Shown: one piece after another, positions 26,296 through 41,400 of the stretch
How positions within the stretch are numbered: the first letter of the stretch is position 1
Layout of the letters: every line of letters begins with the position of its first letter
Assembly: GCA_009914755.4 (NCBI GenBank)
Contig: CP068257.2
Location: 18,848,001-18,912,000, forward strand
From: the human T2T-CHM13v2.0 reference genome, Homo sapiens
DNA length: 64,000 nt
Direction of reading: 5' to 3'
The notes under the pieces: model-generated
The model's database searches: none
Seen by the model: the letters and a program-made list of their open reading frames with translations, nothing else
What the model was told of the DNA's origin: nothing
Program-made: the position numbers and the translations under genes

Positions 26296-26394
26296 ATCTA
26301 GACTTGAGAATGGTATTGACTATCAGCAAAGTTCAAACGATATGAATGCTAAACTTCAATCTTTTTAGAAACTCTGTACAATAAGTTGATGTAA

Positions 26395-26761
<367 letters not shown>

Positions 26762-28370
26762 TAAAAATTATTTTAAAATAACAGGTAAGTTGTGCTTTTT
26801 TATAAATTCAAGTGATTGTTACTTTCCTGGGTGCCAGGAAAATCAAAATTGGCTAGTTGGGTTTCAGAACTTTAAGAAAAGTCTTTCACTTACATGTTCC
26901 ACTTGAAGTAAATATCGAAGACATTTGCTTAGCAATAATTATATTGTTTAAGGAGGTTTGTGATTGTTTGTGCTTATAACCATTTCCTGATTTAGTCTCA
27001 TGAAATTACTTTAACAACTTTCACCCTTCAGCTGCCATACAAACAGGTATGTCTAAAAGGCAGTTTCCTCAGAAGCAGACTCTGTGGGAGAGATACTTAC
27101 ATAAGTGATCTTCAGGGGGTACTGGCAGAAGAAACCTACAGGGCAGTGAGAGATACATAAACAGGGAAGGGAAAGAGGCTACGCTAAGGCTCAGGTGAAG
27201 GGTAGTCTCATATGAGCACGTGAGTAGCTCTGGAGCATAAACTCCAATACCAGATTTTTCCCAAATATTAGGGAACTGAGCTCAGGAATTGTCTAGAAGC
27301 TGCCCTAAGAACTGGAGGACGGTATAGCATCCCAGGCATTAGCCAAGAAGTTTCCTATTGGCTATGGGCAATTTTTGATGAAGAATGCAAGTATGAGTTG
27401 CTGGTTTCTAACACCTGCAGCAGCTAATGGTGAGAGTAGTAGCCTGGTTAAAAAAAAAAATCTGGGTGGAACATCATCAATATTGGTTACAAGGAAGAAC
27501 AGAAGCAGTGAGCAGTAAATTAAGTTGAGAAAGTCTTCAGAGTTATTTTCCTTAAAGATCGTAAATACTCTAGTGAGCAGTTGCATCTTTGAACTTATAG
27601 AAGCAATAATTTGCCACTACAAAAACCCCCAGATGGATTGAACCAAGCATTCCCAGAATCTTGTTTCAAATGATGTTTTTTTTACATTCATTCATGACTT
27701 TCCCTTCATCCTGCATCATATAATATCATGTAAATGTCAAACAAAGAAATCATGCTGTAATTTCTCCATAGAACTAGGGGAAAAATGAACAGGGCCAGCC
27801 TTAGCTATCTAACTCTACCTTAATCACCGAAGAAGATAGTAAATACCTTGCAAGGCAAAAGGCAATGCCAATGGACTGCAGAGAAAAAAAAAGAAAGAGG
27901 AATGCAAATCGAGTTAAATTTGAAATACACTCTGGTATTACCTGCCCCTTAAGTTGGAGATAAAGTCATGACAGCATTTTATTAAATATTCTTCCTTAAT
28001 CTTACACAATAATCTATATGCCTTACATATATGTCAATTGTCTTCCAAAGAAACTGATTATGTAATAACTGCATGTATTCAAACCTTTACTAACAACTCA
28101 GAAAAGAAAGTATATATTCATCTTAATATAATGAAAAATATACATCAATATTCAATGCAGATAATATATGTAAATGCTCAATTTAGGCAAAATATTTATA
28201 GACAATACATTATGAAAAGTAACTAACAATAGAATAATAATTTTTTGCTGTTTAAGTATAAGTTCTTCTGGGGAAAGTATAGACTATTTTAAGCACGAAT
28301 CAACAATAAAGTTCATATTTCACTTAAATTTATAAACACAACACATGCATGTATAAATACATATATATAG

Positions 28371-28697
<327 letters not shown>

Positions 28698-31468
28698 ATA
28701 TGTATACATAAAGTTTTAAAAGCTGATTTAATCATGTCCCTTCTGTCAAGAGAATGGAATAAATAGACTATGTGTGGAATGTGTTCATGGTAATACTCTA
28801 TTGCTTTGAGGCTGGTTCCTCTTATCATGTTATTACTGCTCATTCTTGAATGGGTGATTTAATCAGAGGTTTTTAAGATAAAAGAACATAGTGAAGGTTC
28901 TGCATATAGAGTTTTCCCAGTTTCACAACATGCAGCTATTTAGCATAGGTGTTTCTATAACTGTTATAACACTGCCAGCTTTTGATTTTGTTTATAGTGC
29001 CGTGGGGATCCACTGCAGCCTGTGGCATCACAGACAAGGCAGCATCTGGCGCTGTGAGATGGGAGAGGAGAATTCTAGTTGTAGAGTACTAAAACATTTG
29101 CTAGCACAAATCTGCTCAGGATTTCCTTTTCTCCCTCCCCATGGTAATTTTGTTTTTCTCCATTTATACAAAGTGTAAATAGATCAAAAACCCGTTTATT
29201 GAAGAATCACAAACAGCAAAGTGAGAAATCTAATTTAGAAGAATAAGCCCATTCTGTGCCCAAACATTTTTTTGTGTTTTTTTTTTATTCATGCAGTTTG
29301 GCATTATCTAACATTTGGTTTTTCCTTCATTATACTGAGAAACATTTTAGTCATCTTATATAGTTCTCTGATAATTTTTTTCTTTCAGAGGTCATATTGA
29401 GAAGCTATGCCTTTTTCATCCTTTATAGAAGTGATATTCTTGGAACACACTCTGCTTGCTATTCTTCTAATATCTACAAAAATATACAAAAGAGATAATG
29501 AAATATTTATAATGAAACATTGTACTACAAATTAAGTTTCATTGGAGTGAAATAGAAGCCTATCTCAGAGTATGATTCCATTGGACAATATGGTCATTAT
29601 ATATATATATTTTCCTATATTACTTTGCTCTAATTGTACTATGATTTATTTCTATAATTTCACATACTTAGTTCTTCTACATGTAAATTATATATGAATT
29701 GCATTTTATATTTTGAATATTTATAAATAAATACTAATCTATAATTTTCTTTGAAGCAAATTTTTTCCAGTTATAAAAACACAAATGCTATGAAATAAAG
29801 CAGAATCACTTCAGTACTAGTTAATAGATTCTTCTCCGGTGGCTGTAAGAGGCATTTTCTTGTTTATTGACACTTTATGGCATACGTTTTTGGGTTAGAT
29901 TCTTAATAAAATGGATGTAACTGTCAGTCCAAGAAACATATCTTTTCTACAGACATGTTTAGTTTGATTTTACAGTGTTAAAAATAGCGCCACTAACATT
30001 CAAAAGTTGGAAGATTTCACATAAACATGTTAAAATAAGGCTTCTCTTGAAAAAAAATGGGAAATGCTGGTTGTAATAGACCCTAATTTTAACCTGGCAA
30101 CACTTGGCTGCAGTTGAATGGCAATGTTTACTTCAGTTGGCAGTGCCCACCATATTCTCTGGTGACATAGTGAATGCTTACAAACTTCAACTCAGCCTTT
30201 TGAGTTTTTTTTTTTCTTTTTCCTATTTAAACAAACAACAAGGTCCCAGTAGAGACTTGAGTTTGGGAATCCTGCCCAAACAGATTTTGTTTATTATCAT
30301 TGTTACTTTTTTTTGCTTTTGCTTTTACACAGTCTAAGGTAAGTATCCTTCAGTTCAAACAATCAGAGGTATTCTGGTCAAGCTTCCTGAAAAATTAGAT
30401 GAAACTTTCATTCAATAAGATCATAATTCACTATATTTTTTCTTTAATTTTTATACAATTATTCTTATACAAACCGTTCATTAATAAAAATAAAATGTAA
30501 CACGTTTAAAATTTAAAAGTACATGTTTCATTCACAAAGAACATTTTGATGTAATATATTCCAGATCACTCACATAGGTTAAAAAATATTTAAAACAGAC
30601 TTTTAACAGTCAGCAATATGCTGGTAACATTACATATATATGTATGTATAAATGAATATTTATTTATTTTTAAAGTGATTATAGTCTAGTGACTAATTTA
30701 CAACATATGTTTACAATGAAAATATAAACCCATTCGATGCCAAAATAATACATGACTGCATTATCATTTTAATGGCTATATAATATTCTATTTCATGGAT
30801 ATTAAAAAGAATTACTACTATGGACTACAACGGATCTTCCATTATGAGCATTCAGATTCCATGGACGTTTTTGCTATTAGGAACATTGCTTCCTGGACAT
30901 CACTAATGCAGAAATTTCCCAGCTGTGCTTAGTTATTACCTGGAGATAAATTCTTGATGAAATTTAGCCCGATGAAAGTACCCATATTTCGAAGACTCTA
31001 ATGCCTGTTATCACATTGCACTTAGAAATATTACAACGATTCACACTTCTACCAACAGCATATGAGGAAACCAACTTCTCCTCACCACATAGTGGTATTA
31101 GCATTCCATTAACAGAGAGGTATTCACTTAATGAGGTTTTAGAATACAGAAAACTAATTTGTAAATAGCAGTCCCGATGTTATTTCAGCACAGGGATGTG
31201 TCCATTAAAGTCCGTGGTGTCCAATCATTCATTTTGCATGAGTGCTATGGCAGAGTGATCAAGGCCCCGTGACCTAGGGTGAGTTCTGGAGACAATCTGC
31301 CCAGATTTAAGTGTAGCATTACTGCTTACTAGCAGTACTATTTCAATTGCAGACTACTTATTTTGTCTCTTTTTTGTGCTTTTAGAAAATGCAAAATATC
31401 TTACAGAGTACGTAAAATGAAAACTTTTATAATATCATAATATATATTATTTACTTTTCTTTTTCATT

Positions 31469-31580
31469 ATACTTTAAGTTCTAGGGTACATGTGCACAAC
31501 GTGCAGGTTTGTTACATAGGTATACATGTGCCATGTTGGTTTGCTGCTCCCATCAACTCGTCATTTACATTAGGTATTTC
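31469..31580 (-). mobile_element. Short L1PA-type 3'-end fragment
   Basis: tatactttaagttctagggtacatgtgcacaacgtgcaggtttgttacataggtatacatgtgccatgttggtttgctgctcccatcaactcgtcatttacattaggtat is the antisense of the L1 3' UTR end. Confidence 0.7.
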
Positions 31581-31669
31581 TTCTATGATTTACTTTTCAA
31601 TGAAGTAGGTAAAGACTAGTTTACATACCTAAAACATATCATTCAGAGTTATATTATTAGCAAACATGA

Positions 31670-32029
<360 letters not shown>

Positions 32030-33689
32030 TAGGACTTCATTTTTAAATGCACATAATTTCAACAAAACTAAAGAGAGTTTCAAAAGGAGATTTACAACAG
32101 ATTTTAAAAGGTCCATCATATGCTGGTAATATCTCCTACTTAATGTTAACAAACAATTAGTGAGTTATTTTGCATTAATTTATAAAAATGTGAAACATTC
32201 TTAAGACTTTTTAAAGCAATTGCTTTAAAAATTATTCTCAGTTTTAAATTTTCAAATACATTCAGACATTTAATTAGACATATTTAGGAACTCTAGGGCC
32301 TGAAAAAGAAAGAAAGCAATGAGTAGTCCATCTTTGTAAAAAAGGAAACATTAGTAAATTGAATACAAGATAAAGACTTAGTAGAAGAAAAAGATAGCAA
32401 GTATTCCTTAGAAACTCACTACCATTATGTTAGCCCCTAGTCAGGTTTAGTTTTTTAAATTTACATTTACAGTAATTAAAGTTAAATTAAATGAAAACTT
32501 CCTTTCTCAAGTTCCCTAGCCATATTTTAAGTTCTCAATTGCCATATGTGGCCAGTACGTACTGCATTGGACAAGGAATTACAGAATATTTTACATAATT
32601 GCAGATAGCATTTTATTAGAACACAAAACAACGTTTAATGGGGGAAAAGTATCACATCGTTCATAGTCAAAATGTTATTGCCAAATCATCACTTTTTTCA
32701 GAGTTCTTTTCTCAAGAAAAGTGCAAGAAATAAAACAGTGAAGTAAATACAGGACACATTAGAAAAACAGTTCAAGTAATTTAGATTCTACCACCTTTAA
32801 AGGTGGTATAGACAGGTAGACAGATGATGAATAGAGATAGACAGGTAGGAATATGAAATTACAGTGTAGAATGGTTTTGATAATTAAATAAAATCAAGTA
32901 AAATAGTGCATGTAAAATGTAGCTGGTACAATATAACTATGTTATACTGTGTGTTAAAAAATGAGAATTCTTTTTAACACTATTTACTGAAAGTGACTAA
33001 AATACAATTCTTGATATTCAATTAACTAGATGAAAAGAGAGTTAAAAGAAACTTATTCTAGACCTAAAGCTCCATTACCATGTGACAGAAAATGTGATAT
33101 TTATTTCCATAGTATTGTATGTGTGGAAAACTCAAAACTGTAAGCAAATGTGACTTCTATCAAAAATGCTGTATTTGAAGGATGGAAACGGCATCCATGG
33201 CTCTGATTCAATACTGGCTTCAATGGTAACGTCAATACTGAGGATGAACTAATGTAAACTGGCTTTAGCTAAGCATTCTACTTAAAGTCAGAATTAGGCC
33301 TAGATCCCAGATTTTCTAACAAGCTCTGGCAAATAGATACTCTAATTATATTTTTGGCCTCTGCAACATTATGAGTAATTTGTTAATTCTACATATATTA
33401 TTTGTCTAATATGTGATTTGCATTCTGTGGAAATGAAAAATATCTCTGTCCTTATGGGGCTTATATATTTATGGAGCAGCAGTCAAATTGGTAAGCAAAA
33501 TTTGTAAATAAATTAATGAGATAATTTTACATTATAGTCTATAATGCACTTTCAGATATAGTAACATTAGGAATAGACAACACTTAACCTAAGGCTAATA
33601 AACCTTTAAGGATTTGACTAAGCTTACACTTCATTCAGTGGCAGATCTGAGTATCTACTATGAGAGTTTTAACTGCATGCATGATATTT

Positions 33690-34057
33690 TTCTTAGTCTG
33701 TTCAAACTGTTAGAACAAAATACCATATACCGAGTGGCTTATGCACAAGAAAAACTTATTTCTCACAGTTCTAGAGGCTAGGAAGTCCAAGACCAGGGTA
33801 CTGGTAGGGCAGATCTGATGTCTGGTGAGGGCACTGTTTCTTTTCATAGGCTGCATCTTCCAACTGTGTCCTCACATGGTAGAAGGGATGAGCTAGCTCC
33901 TTGGGGTCTCATTTATAAGGGCACTAATCTTACTTATCAGCGCTTTGTCCTCATTACCTAATCACCTCCCAAAGGCCACACTTCCTAATACCATCATCTT
34001 GGTGGTTAGGTTTTAACGTATGAATTTTGGAGGGACACAAATATTGAATCTATAGCA
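33690..34057 (-). mobile_element. MLT1-type MaLR LTR, minus strand
   Basis: aacaaaataccatataccgagtggcttatgcacaagaaaaacttatttctcacagttctagaggctaggaagtccaagaccagggtactgg...gtcctcacatggtagaaggg...cattacctaatcacctcccaaaggccacacttcctaataccatcatcttggtgg...tatgaattttggagggacacaaatattgaatctatagca is the reverse complement of the MLT1 consensus (TG...TTCCAGCCTCCAGAACTGTGAGAAA...). Confidence 0.6.
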
Positions 34058-34526
34058 GTATTCTAGTATGATAATATATTTAATTTCAGGATAAGGCATC
34101 TAAAAGAAATCATTAAAGATCGAATTCATATATTAATAGTTTGATTTTCTTACGGGAAGATAAATATAAGTTACACAAATCTTTTCTTGTTCAGTGCCTT
34201 AAAATCTCCCTAAATGAAGATTTATAATTTAACTTGGTAGTAAACTTTGTGATTTTGCAACTCCAGCATTCAAGGCAATACTATATCTAAGGGAGAAAAT
34301 CAATTTTAATGTAATTTTATTCTTTTTTTTTAATTTCTGAGATCTTTAGTTGCATAGCACAAAATCGAGAATCAACCCACACTAGGGTTGAGTTTTATAT
34401 GACTAGGTTTTGTGTTTCTTTGGCATTGTTGGTTTTTGTTTATCCTCTATTCCTGATTTCATCTTTCTTTTCTGAGATATGTCCCAAATGCACTGACGTT
34501 TTCTTTCTTCCAAGCCATTTGCTACA

Positions 34527-34600
34527 TATATATATATACACACACATACATATATATACGCATATATATACATACATATACATATATACATATATGTATC
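34527..34600. repeat. (TA)/(CA)-rich compound simple repeat
   Basis: tatatatatacacacacatacatatatatacgcatatatatacatacatatacatatatacatatatgta. Confidence 0.85.
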
Positions 34601-34879
34601 CTTGAAATAGATATTGTTTTTATTAAAATATATTCTTGTAGTTATAATTAATAATTAAATAAAGAGGATTTTGTTCTTCAGTATTAGGCTTAGAGGGGCT
34701 TATTTTATTCTAGGTATATTGTCACTAAGAAATACCTAAAATATAAGAAAAACGTGTCATGGGCAAAAGACAAAACACCGTGCGTCAGTCTGAAGCACTG
34801 AAACCGGATGCACATCCACATCTATTGACAAGTTTCAGTCTTTTGGTGTTTCTCAGAATAACAGAACACACCCAGTTAG

Positions 34880-35448
34880 CCTCTATATTAGTTTCCTATT
34901 GCTGGCATCACAAATTATCATGTACTCAGTTGCTTAAAACAATGCATATTTATTCCATTCTGGTTCTGTAGGTCAGAATTCTGACACTGGTCTCAGTGTG
35001 CTAAAATCAAGGTGTCAATAGTGCTGTGTTCCTTTCTGAGGACTCTAGAGAATGTGTTGCTGGCTCTTTCAGGTAGTTAGCAGAGTTCAGTTCCTTGAGG
35101 TTATAAACTGCTGGTTTTTCACAGAGTCCAGAAACTGCCCGCATCCTTTGGCTTATGGCTCCTTTTTCTCCGAAGCCAGCAAAGGTAGGCTGAGTTTCTC
35201 TCATGCTTAGAATCTCTCTTGCCTCTTTTCTGGGCATCTCTCTGACTCAAGCTCTGGAATGTTCTTTGGTTTTTAAGAGTTTTTGTGATTACATTGGAAT
35301 CCACTGTGTAACCAGGGATAATCACTTCGTTTCAAGATCCCTAATCACATCTGCAGAGTTCCTTTTGCCATATAACACATTCACAGGTGTCAGGGATTAA
35401 GGAATTGACATCCTAAGGTTGATGAGTTCATTATTTGGCCTACCAGAG
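34880..35448 (+). mobile_element. MLT1-type (MaLR) LTR, older subfamily, plus strand
   Basis: ctctatattagtttcctattgctggcatcacaaattatcatgtactcagttgcttaaaacaatgcatatttattc...tctgtaggtcagaattctgacactggtctcagtgtgctaaaatcaaggtgtcaatagtgctg...atctgcagagttccttttgccatataacacattcacaggtgtcagggattaaggaattgacatcc...ggcctaccagag matches the recalled LTR consensus (gtttcctattgctgc.taacaaattaccacaaacttagtggcttaaaacaac...tctgcaaaatcccttttgccatgtaaggtaacatattcacaggttccagggattaggacgtggacatctttgggggccattattctgcctaccacag). Subfamily is not assigned. Confidence 0.5.
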
Positions 35449-35889
35449 CTGCTGCTTCTTATTTGTTTATTAATAAGTAAACAGACTTTATTTTTCAGAG
35501 TAGTTTTGTATTTATGAAAAATTGAGGAGAAAGTCCAGAGTTCCCATACATCCTTCTCCAATCTACCTTCCTCCTCCCCAGTTTTTCCTGTTACTAATAT
35601 TTTGCGTTAGTATGGTACATTTGTTAGCATTGATGAACAAATATTGATATATTATTATTAACTGAAACCCATAGTTTAACTTAGAGTACACTCTTTGTAG
35701 TCTTCAGTTCTATGAGTTTTGACAACTATATAATGTCAGGTAGACACATTGCAATTATAATACAGAATAGTTTCAATTCCCTAATATTTCCCCTCTGCTC
35801 TAGCTAGTCATCCCTTCTTTCTTCTCCTCAATTTCTAGCAACTGCTGACCTTTTTATTGTCACTGTAATTGTGCTTTTCCCAGAATCTC

Positions 35890-36470
35890 ATATAGTTAGA
35901 AACAAACAGTATGTAGTGTTTTCGAACCTGTTTCTTTCACTTGGCATTTAAGATTCCTCTATGTATTCTTTGTGGCTGAATTGTTTATTTCTTTTTATGG
36001 TTGAATAATATTCCATGAAATGTATGCACCCCAGTTTATCTATTCACCTATTAAAAGACATCTCGATTGCTTCCAAGTTTTGGCAATTATGAACAAAGCT
36101 GCTATAAATATTCATAGATGGGCTTTTGTATGGACATAAGTTTTCAACTCATTTGGGTAAATACCAAGGAGCACAATTGCTGGATCATATGGTAGGACTA
36201 TTTTTAGCTTTGTAAAGAACTGCCAAGCTGCCTTACAATGTGGCTGTAGCATTTTGCATTCCCATCAGCAATTAGTGAGAGTTCCTGCTGCCAGCATTTG
36301 TTATTATCAATGTTTTGGATTTTAGCCATTCTAATAGGTGTGCCATGGTATCTTGTTTTAATTTTCCATTTTAAAAATGTCATATAATGTTTAACATCTT
36401 TTCATATGCTTACTTGACATCTGTATACATTTTTGCACAGCCTGTTCTTCAAAAAATAAAACAATTCACT
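35890..36470 (-). mobile_element. L1 ORF2 3'-region fragment in antisense (old L1)
   Basis: ggttgaataatattccatgaaatgtatgcaccccagtttatctattcacctattaaaagacatctcgattgcttccaagttttggcaattatgaacaaagctgctataaatattcatag...cattttgcattcccatcagcaattagtgagagttcctg...gtgtgccatggtatcttgttttaattttccatt matches antisense L1 (ggctgaataatattccattgtgtatatgtaccacattttctttatccattcatctgttgatggacatttgggttgcttcc...gtatctcattgtggttttgatttgcatttc). Confidence 0.6.
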
Positions 36471-37899
36471 TATTTTCTGAAAAATAAGTAAATGTAATTT
36501 TATGTGCAGATTAGTCACACATACTTGTTAGAACCTACATGGGGATTTCAAAAAGACAGAATCCTGAATCATACAAACCTCTCCCAAATACATCACGACC
36601 AGCTTTAAATCAACAGCAAAGGGTTGCTAGAGGCAAAAGCAGGAAGATTGTGAGGAAGGCTACAAATCTGACAAACTCTACAATAATAGAAGAGAGCTTG
36701 GCAGAAGAAGATGCATGGAGCACCAAAGAAGAGAGTAGCAATGCCTGGATGGCTGGTGCTGGAATGTTTACTGTACACAGATCTGCAAGAGAACTCAACA
36801 GGTAGTGTGGCTTCTCTCTAGTAAGCCTGGGGGCACTAGCTATTGCACCAGAGCAGACTAGAGAACACACTGGCTCCCTGGCTCATCACTTGCCACAGAA
36901 GTATATACTTACAAAGTTGATGCTGCTTTATATACTGTCATACAAAAGCTCTGCCTGAAAAGAAACCAGAGATTTGGAGAACAATACCTAAAATAGGTAA
37001 CCTAAACTTAAGAGCAATTACTGAAGGAGACAGATGGAAATGTTAACAACCATCACTACATAACAGCAGCACTGAAGGAGAGTCCATTACAGTTTCTTAG
37101 ACATCATTTTCTAGTACTACAGCAATAAAAGATATGATCATAATTTAAAAGTCCAAAAGAGGAATTGAAAAAAAACACCATAGATACTCGGAAGTTCAGG
37201 TGGAAGAAATATATCCAAAACAGAGCCAAGGTATGAAGAGTGAGAAATCAGAAAGAAGAGGAAATATAAATGACTTGGAAGACTTCTTGAGAAGACTTTA
37301 TATATGTGAATTTTTGCAGATACTAGAAAATAAACAAGAGAATGAAAAACAAAAAATAAGAAATGAAAAACAAAAAATGTATGTGTCAGGAGTGATATCA
37401 GATCTGCATCTCCCGAGTAAAAGTTCGCATGGACTGAAAGGCAGAATTGATGAAGATATACACCTCTTGGCATATTTTGGTAAATCCTCTAATTCAAATT
37501 TTACAAACTTTCAGAAGAAAAAAACACAACATTTGTGGAGGAAAAAGAAGTAGACTGAACTTGAAGTTCTTAACTAAAATACTGAACACTGTAAAACAAG
37601 TGGATAGTACTACATATTTGTAGTTATATTCAAATTGAGATGAATAGGCTGATGAATCATGTACCTTATCTGCTAAGTAAGTTTTTTTAATTGAAAAGAT
37701 GAAATATATGACAGGGAAAACATAGTGACAGTCAATTAAAAGAACTATGCTTCCAAATAAAAAAAGCTTTAAGAAGTCTTCTTGGAGTGGGATTGGGGAA
37801 GCTTACATACTTAACTATTCACCTCTGGGCAAGTGAAGGACAGAGTGATAAAAATCATTAGGAAGGCTAAAATGTGAACATTTTTAACCTCAAATATAC

Positions 37900-38168
37900 T
37901 TTTTTTTTTTTTTTTTTTTGAGACAGAGTCTTGCTCTGTCGCCCAGGCTGGAGTGCAGTGGCGCGATCTCAGCTCACTGATCTCCGCCTCCTGGGTTCAC
38001 GCCATTCTCCTGCCTCAGCCTCCCGAGTACCTGGGACTACAGGTGCCCGCCACCACGCCCGGCTAATTTTTTGTATTTTGTTTAGTAAAGACGGGGTTTC
38101 ACCCTGTTAGCCAGGATGGTCTCGATCTCCTGACCTCGAGATCTGCCCGCCTCGGCCTCCCAAAGTGC
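37900..38168 (-). mobile_element. AluY, minus strand, truncated at its own 5' end, with a 10-bp TSD (caaatatact / caaatacact)
   Basis: (t)20gagacagagtcttgctctgtcgcccaggctggagtgcagtggcgcgatctcagctcac...ccgcctcctgggttcacgccattctcctgcctcagcctcccgagtacctgggactacaggtgcccgccaccacgcccggctaatttt...ctcgatctcctgacctcgagatctgcccgcctcggcctcccaaagtgc. The Y-diagnostic cacgccattctcctgcc motif is present. The element ends before the tgggattacagg...ggcc terminus. Confidence 0.9.
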
Positions 38169-38282
38169 AAATACACTTTTTTATATTTAAGCATGGACAC
38201 CTTGGTTCAATTGTTATGAAATAAAGCAAATAAACATATCATGAAAGATATGATTAGCTATATCAGAGCATGAGTAACAACC

Positions 38283-38433
38283 AGATCTAGTGACAACGCA
38301 CACACTATCACGAGAAGAGCAAGGGTGAAATCTGATCCTATAATTCAATCACCTCTCATCAGACCCCCCCCACCAACACTGGGAATTACAACTCGATATG
38401 AGATTTAGGTGGGTCACAGAGCCAAACCACATC
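38283..38433 (-). mobile_element. MaLR LTR fragment (5' half of a THE1/MST-type LTR)
   Basis: agatctagtgacaacgcacacactatcacgagaagagcaagggtgaaatctgatcctataattcaatcacctctcatcagaccccccccaccaacactgggaattacaactcgatatgagatttaggtgggtcacagagccaaaccacatca. Confidence 0.6.
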
Positions 38434-41400
38434 AGGGTATTTGTCTAAGAACAACAATAACAACAAAATTGTTGGTTCTGTTATTAAGAGAAGAATGACA
38501 ATCGGGTAGACAAGTCATAGCCTCTGCCTTACTGGATATGTAAGAAGCCCTTTTAATTAAGTAGGAGAATGATAAAGAGTGCCCCAGTTGAAATTGTGGG
38601 GGATATAGCTATAGAGAAAATACAATGATAAAATTTAAAAATGAACAATAATTATGAAAGTATATCGAAACAGTGGTAATTAATTTAAGATAGCTTTCAG
38701 TGAATTATGCACAAACAATTAACAACTGATAAAAACTCATTATTGGGGAAGTTCTGGAAACTTCCTGGAAAGCCACTTGGCACTATCTAATGAAGTTAAA
38801 TAAGGTACAAATCATATTTCCACTGATTATTTGGTCCCCTGAGATATAAATCAAATAATATTATGAAGATACATTTACTCCAAAGTTAATCACAGCAATA
38901 ACATACAAAAGTGAAAAATTTGAAAATAAATTATAATTATTAAAGGGAGTTAGTTAATAGAGTAAATACATATAAAGAAGCGATTGCAAATATATACATG
39001 TACATACATCTATGCATATCATTTCAGATATATAAATTCTAATTACAGTGTATTGTTAAACAGTACAAACTGCATATATGATAAGACACTACAGTTCTTT
39101 AAAACATAAATGTGTATTTTTATTTATTAATGAAGAATGTAAGTCTGAAAGTGTATGTGCCAAAATGTTAACAATATTCACTTTCTTTTTTTCTATTTTA
39201 TTGTCTGATTTTTAAATTTATATTATGTTTACAACCAGAAAATATAGATATATTCAGGGTAAAATTATGCTTATTTAACATACTTGATATAAATACTAGA
39301 AGAAATTTACAAAAAGGGGAGAAAAATATTTTTCTTGTATTTGAAAAATGTTTCAGAATATTTATTTTGTCCTTTTTTTCTTTTGCTACTTAAAAAAGAA
39401 TGTCTTAACCCTAATCTTCTAAGCAATAGGAATAAGCTATTGAAATATAGGAAGACAACTATTTTGATAAATCAAGCACCTTGTATTTAAAACAAAATTA
39501 AATAAAGATAAAAACTTTTATATTATATATTTAAGTAGATTTTATTTTATATTTAAGTAGTTATACAAAGTTAAATTTTCAAAATTGGTGTCTGACAGAT
39601 ATCTATTTTTTCAGAATAATCATATAATTGACGTATATTTGATAATCACCTAAATGTTCTATGACTGAAAATTTGAAGACACAGAAAAATAGAATTTAAG
39701 GCCCAATAATTGTATTTTGAAAGGTATAGAAAAACATAGATCTAAAAATCTTCTTTTATTTAAAAATATTCTTAATAAATATTTTATGCCTTAGCCTAAA
39801 ATTAGTCGATTTCTCAGCTCAGATGACCTACACAACTTTTTTGGTCTATCCCCGCATGTGTGTCTCTTTCACTGTTTACACTATACTGTATTGCATTCTT
39901 TTGCAACTTACATACAAATTTTACTATGAATATGGCCATAGGCCCTGCTTTAAGGACTTCCCCATTGAAAAATAACCTATGCTTAAAAAAGAAAACGAAG
40001 ATTAAAATTTTAGGTAATTATTTTCTTGTTTTTCATTAGTTTTTTCTAAAATAAATTTTGTTGTGTACATTTAAGGTATACATGAAGCTGTGGGATACAC
40101 ATAAAGAGTAAAAAGGTGACCATAGTGAAGCAAATTAACATATTCATCATTTCACATAGGAACACTTTTTGTTTGTTTTTGTGGCAAGAGAAACTAAAAT
40201 CTAATCATTTAGGATTAATCCCATATAGGGTACAATTTTTGTTTGTTCAGACGTTTCTACAATTTGCACAGGTAATAGCTTCATCTGTTTCAAAGTCAAC
40301 TCTAAAAAGAGTAGACAGTTAATATTTTCCTGTTCATATCTGCTTCCAAACCACCTGGTTTCCTTCCTTCCTGGTGAATTCAAATTATCCTTTTTTTTTA
40401 AAAAAGTAAACTTTCAGAGATATTTTATGCAGCAAGGAAACAAGCGTACATATTTTTCTCCTCTTTTAAGAAAACAGTATTGTTCACACTGTTCTGCACC
40501 TTGGTTTTTAACTTAATATTCATAGGAAATCATTCCATATCAATACCCAAAGGACTTCCTCATTCTTTTTCATAAACACACTTTATCTATGTGAGAATGT
40601 ATCAAATCTGTTTCACCAGATCCCTAAAAATGACATTTAGTATGCTTCCAATTATTTGGAAGACATATTTGCTTCCATTACAAATAATGGTACAGTAAAT
40701 AGCCACATAAATAGTCATTTCCCACATATCTTAGTATATTTATAAGATAAATTTCTGGAAGCAAACTTTCTGAGTCAAAGGATACATTCTTGTTATTATA
40801 AGGCTTAGTATAAATTATCTCAAAAGACAAAAAATAATAAACTTTATTATTTTAAATAGAAAAATAATTACTATCATTTACCAGCATATGACTTTTATCA
40901 ATGATTGATGCAAGATAAAGGTACACATATTTCATAGCTACTCACTCAGTTTCACCCTTGTTTTACTTCTTGCTTCTTTAAAAACAGACTCTTGGAGTGG
41001 ATTTTGAAATTTATTTATACATGTACAAATAACTGAATAATCTGATCAAGGCTTAAAATTTAGAAGAAAGTCGAGATGGAAGTATCTTTCAACAAGTCAG
41101 AAACCTTAAATTAAATAAACTATTTAGACTCATTGAATCTGTAATGTATCATCAAATGATGGAAAATAGTTTGTTTTGGAGAGGAAAGAGGAAAGGAAGC
41201 AGAGTCCTTTTGCCAGACATGAATTCCCAAGGGATATATTCATTACTTTGTTGCTTATACAAGGCCATAGAAATCAACACTCCTACAACACAGATCTTTG
41301 CAGCAGGCTCCTGTGAAACATTGGCTTCACAACATTTGGCAGAGCTCCCATCCCCTGCTTATAGATCATATCATACAACCAGTCTTTCAATTATATTTGC

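Noticed and set aside
37138-37553. Lys/Glu-rich 111- and 117-aa ORFs on opposite strands
   Set aside because: They are low-complexity purine-rich and pyrimidine-rich AT sequence. Overlapping antisense frames argue for compositional artefact. The surrounding 36.5-37.6 kb may be an unrecognised old repeat.
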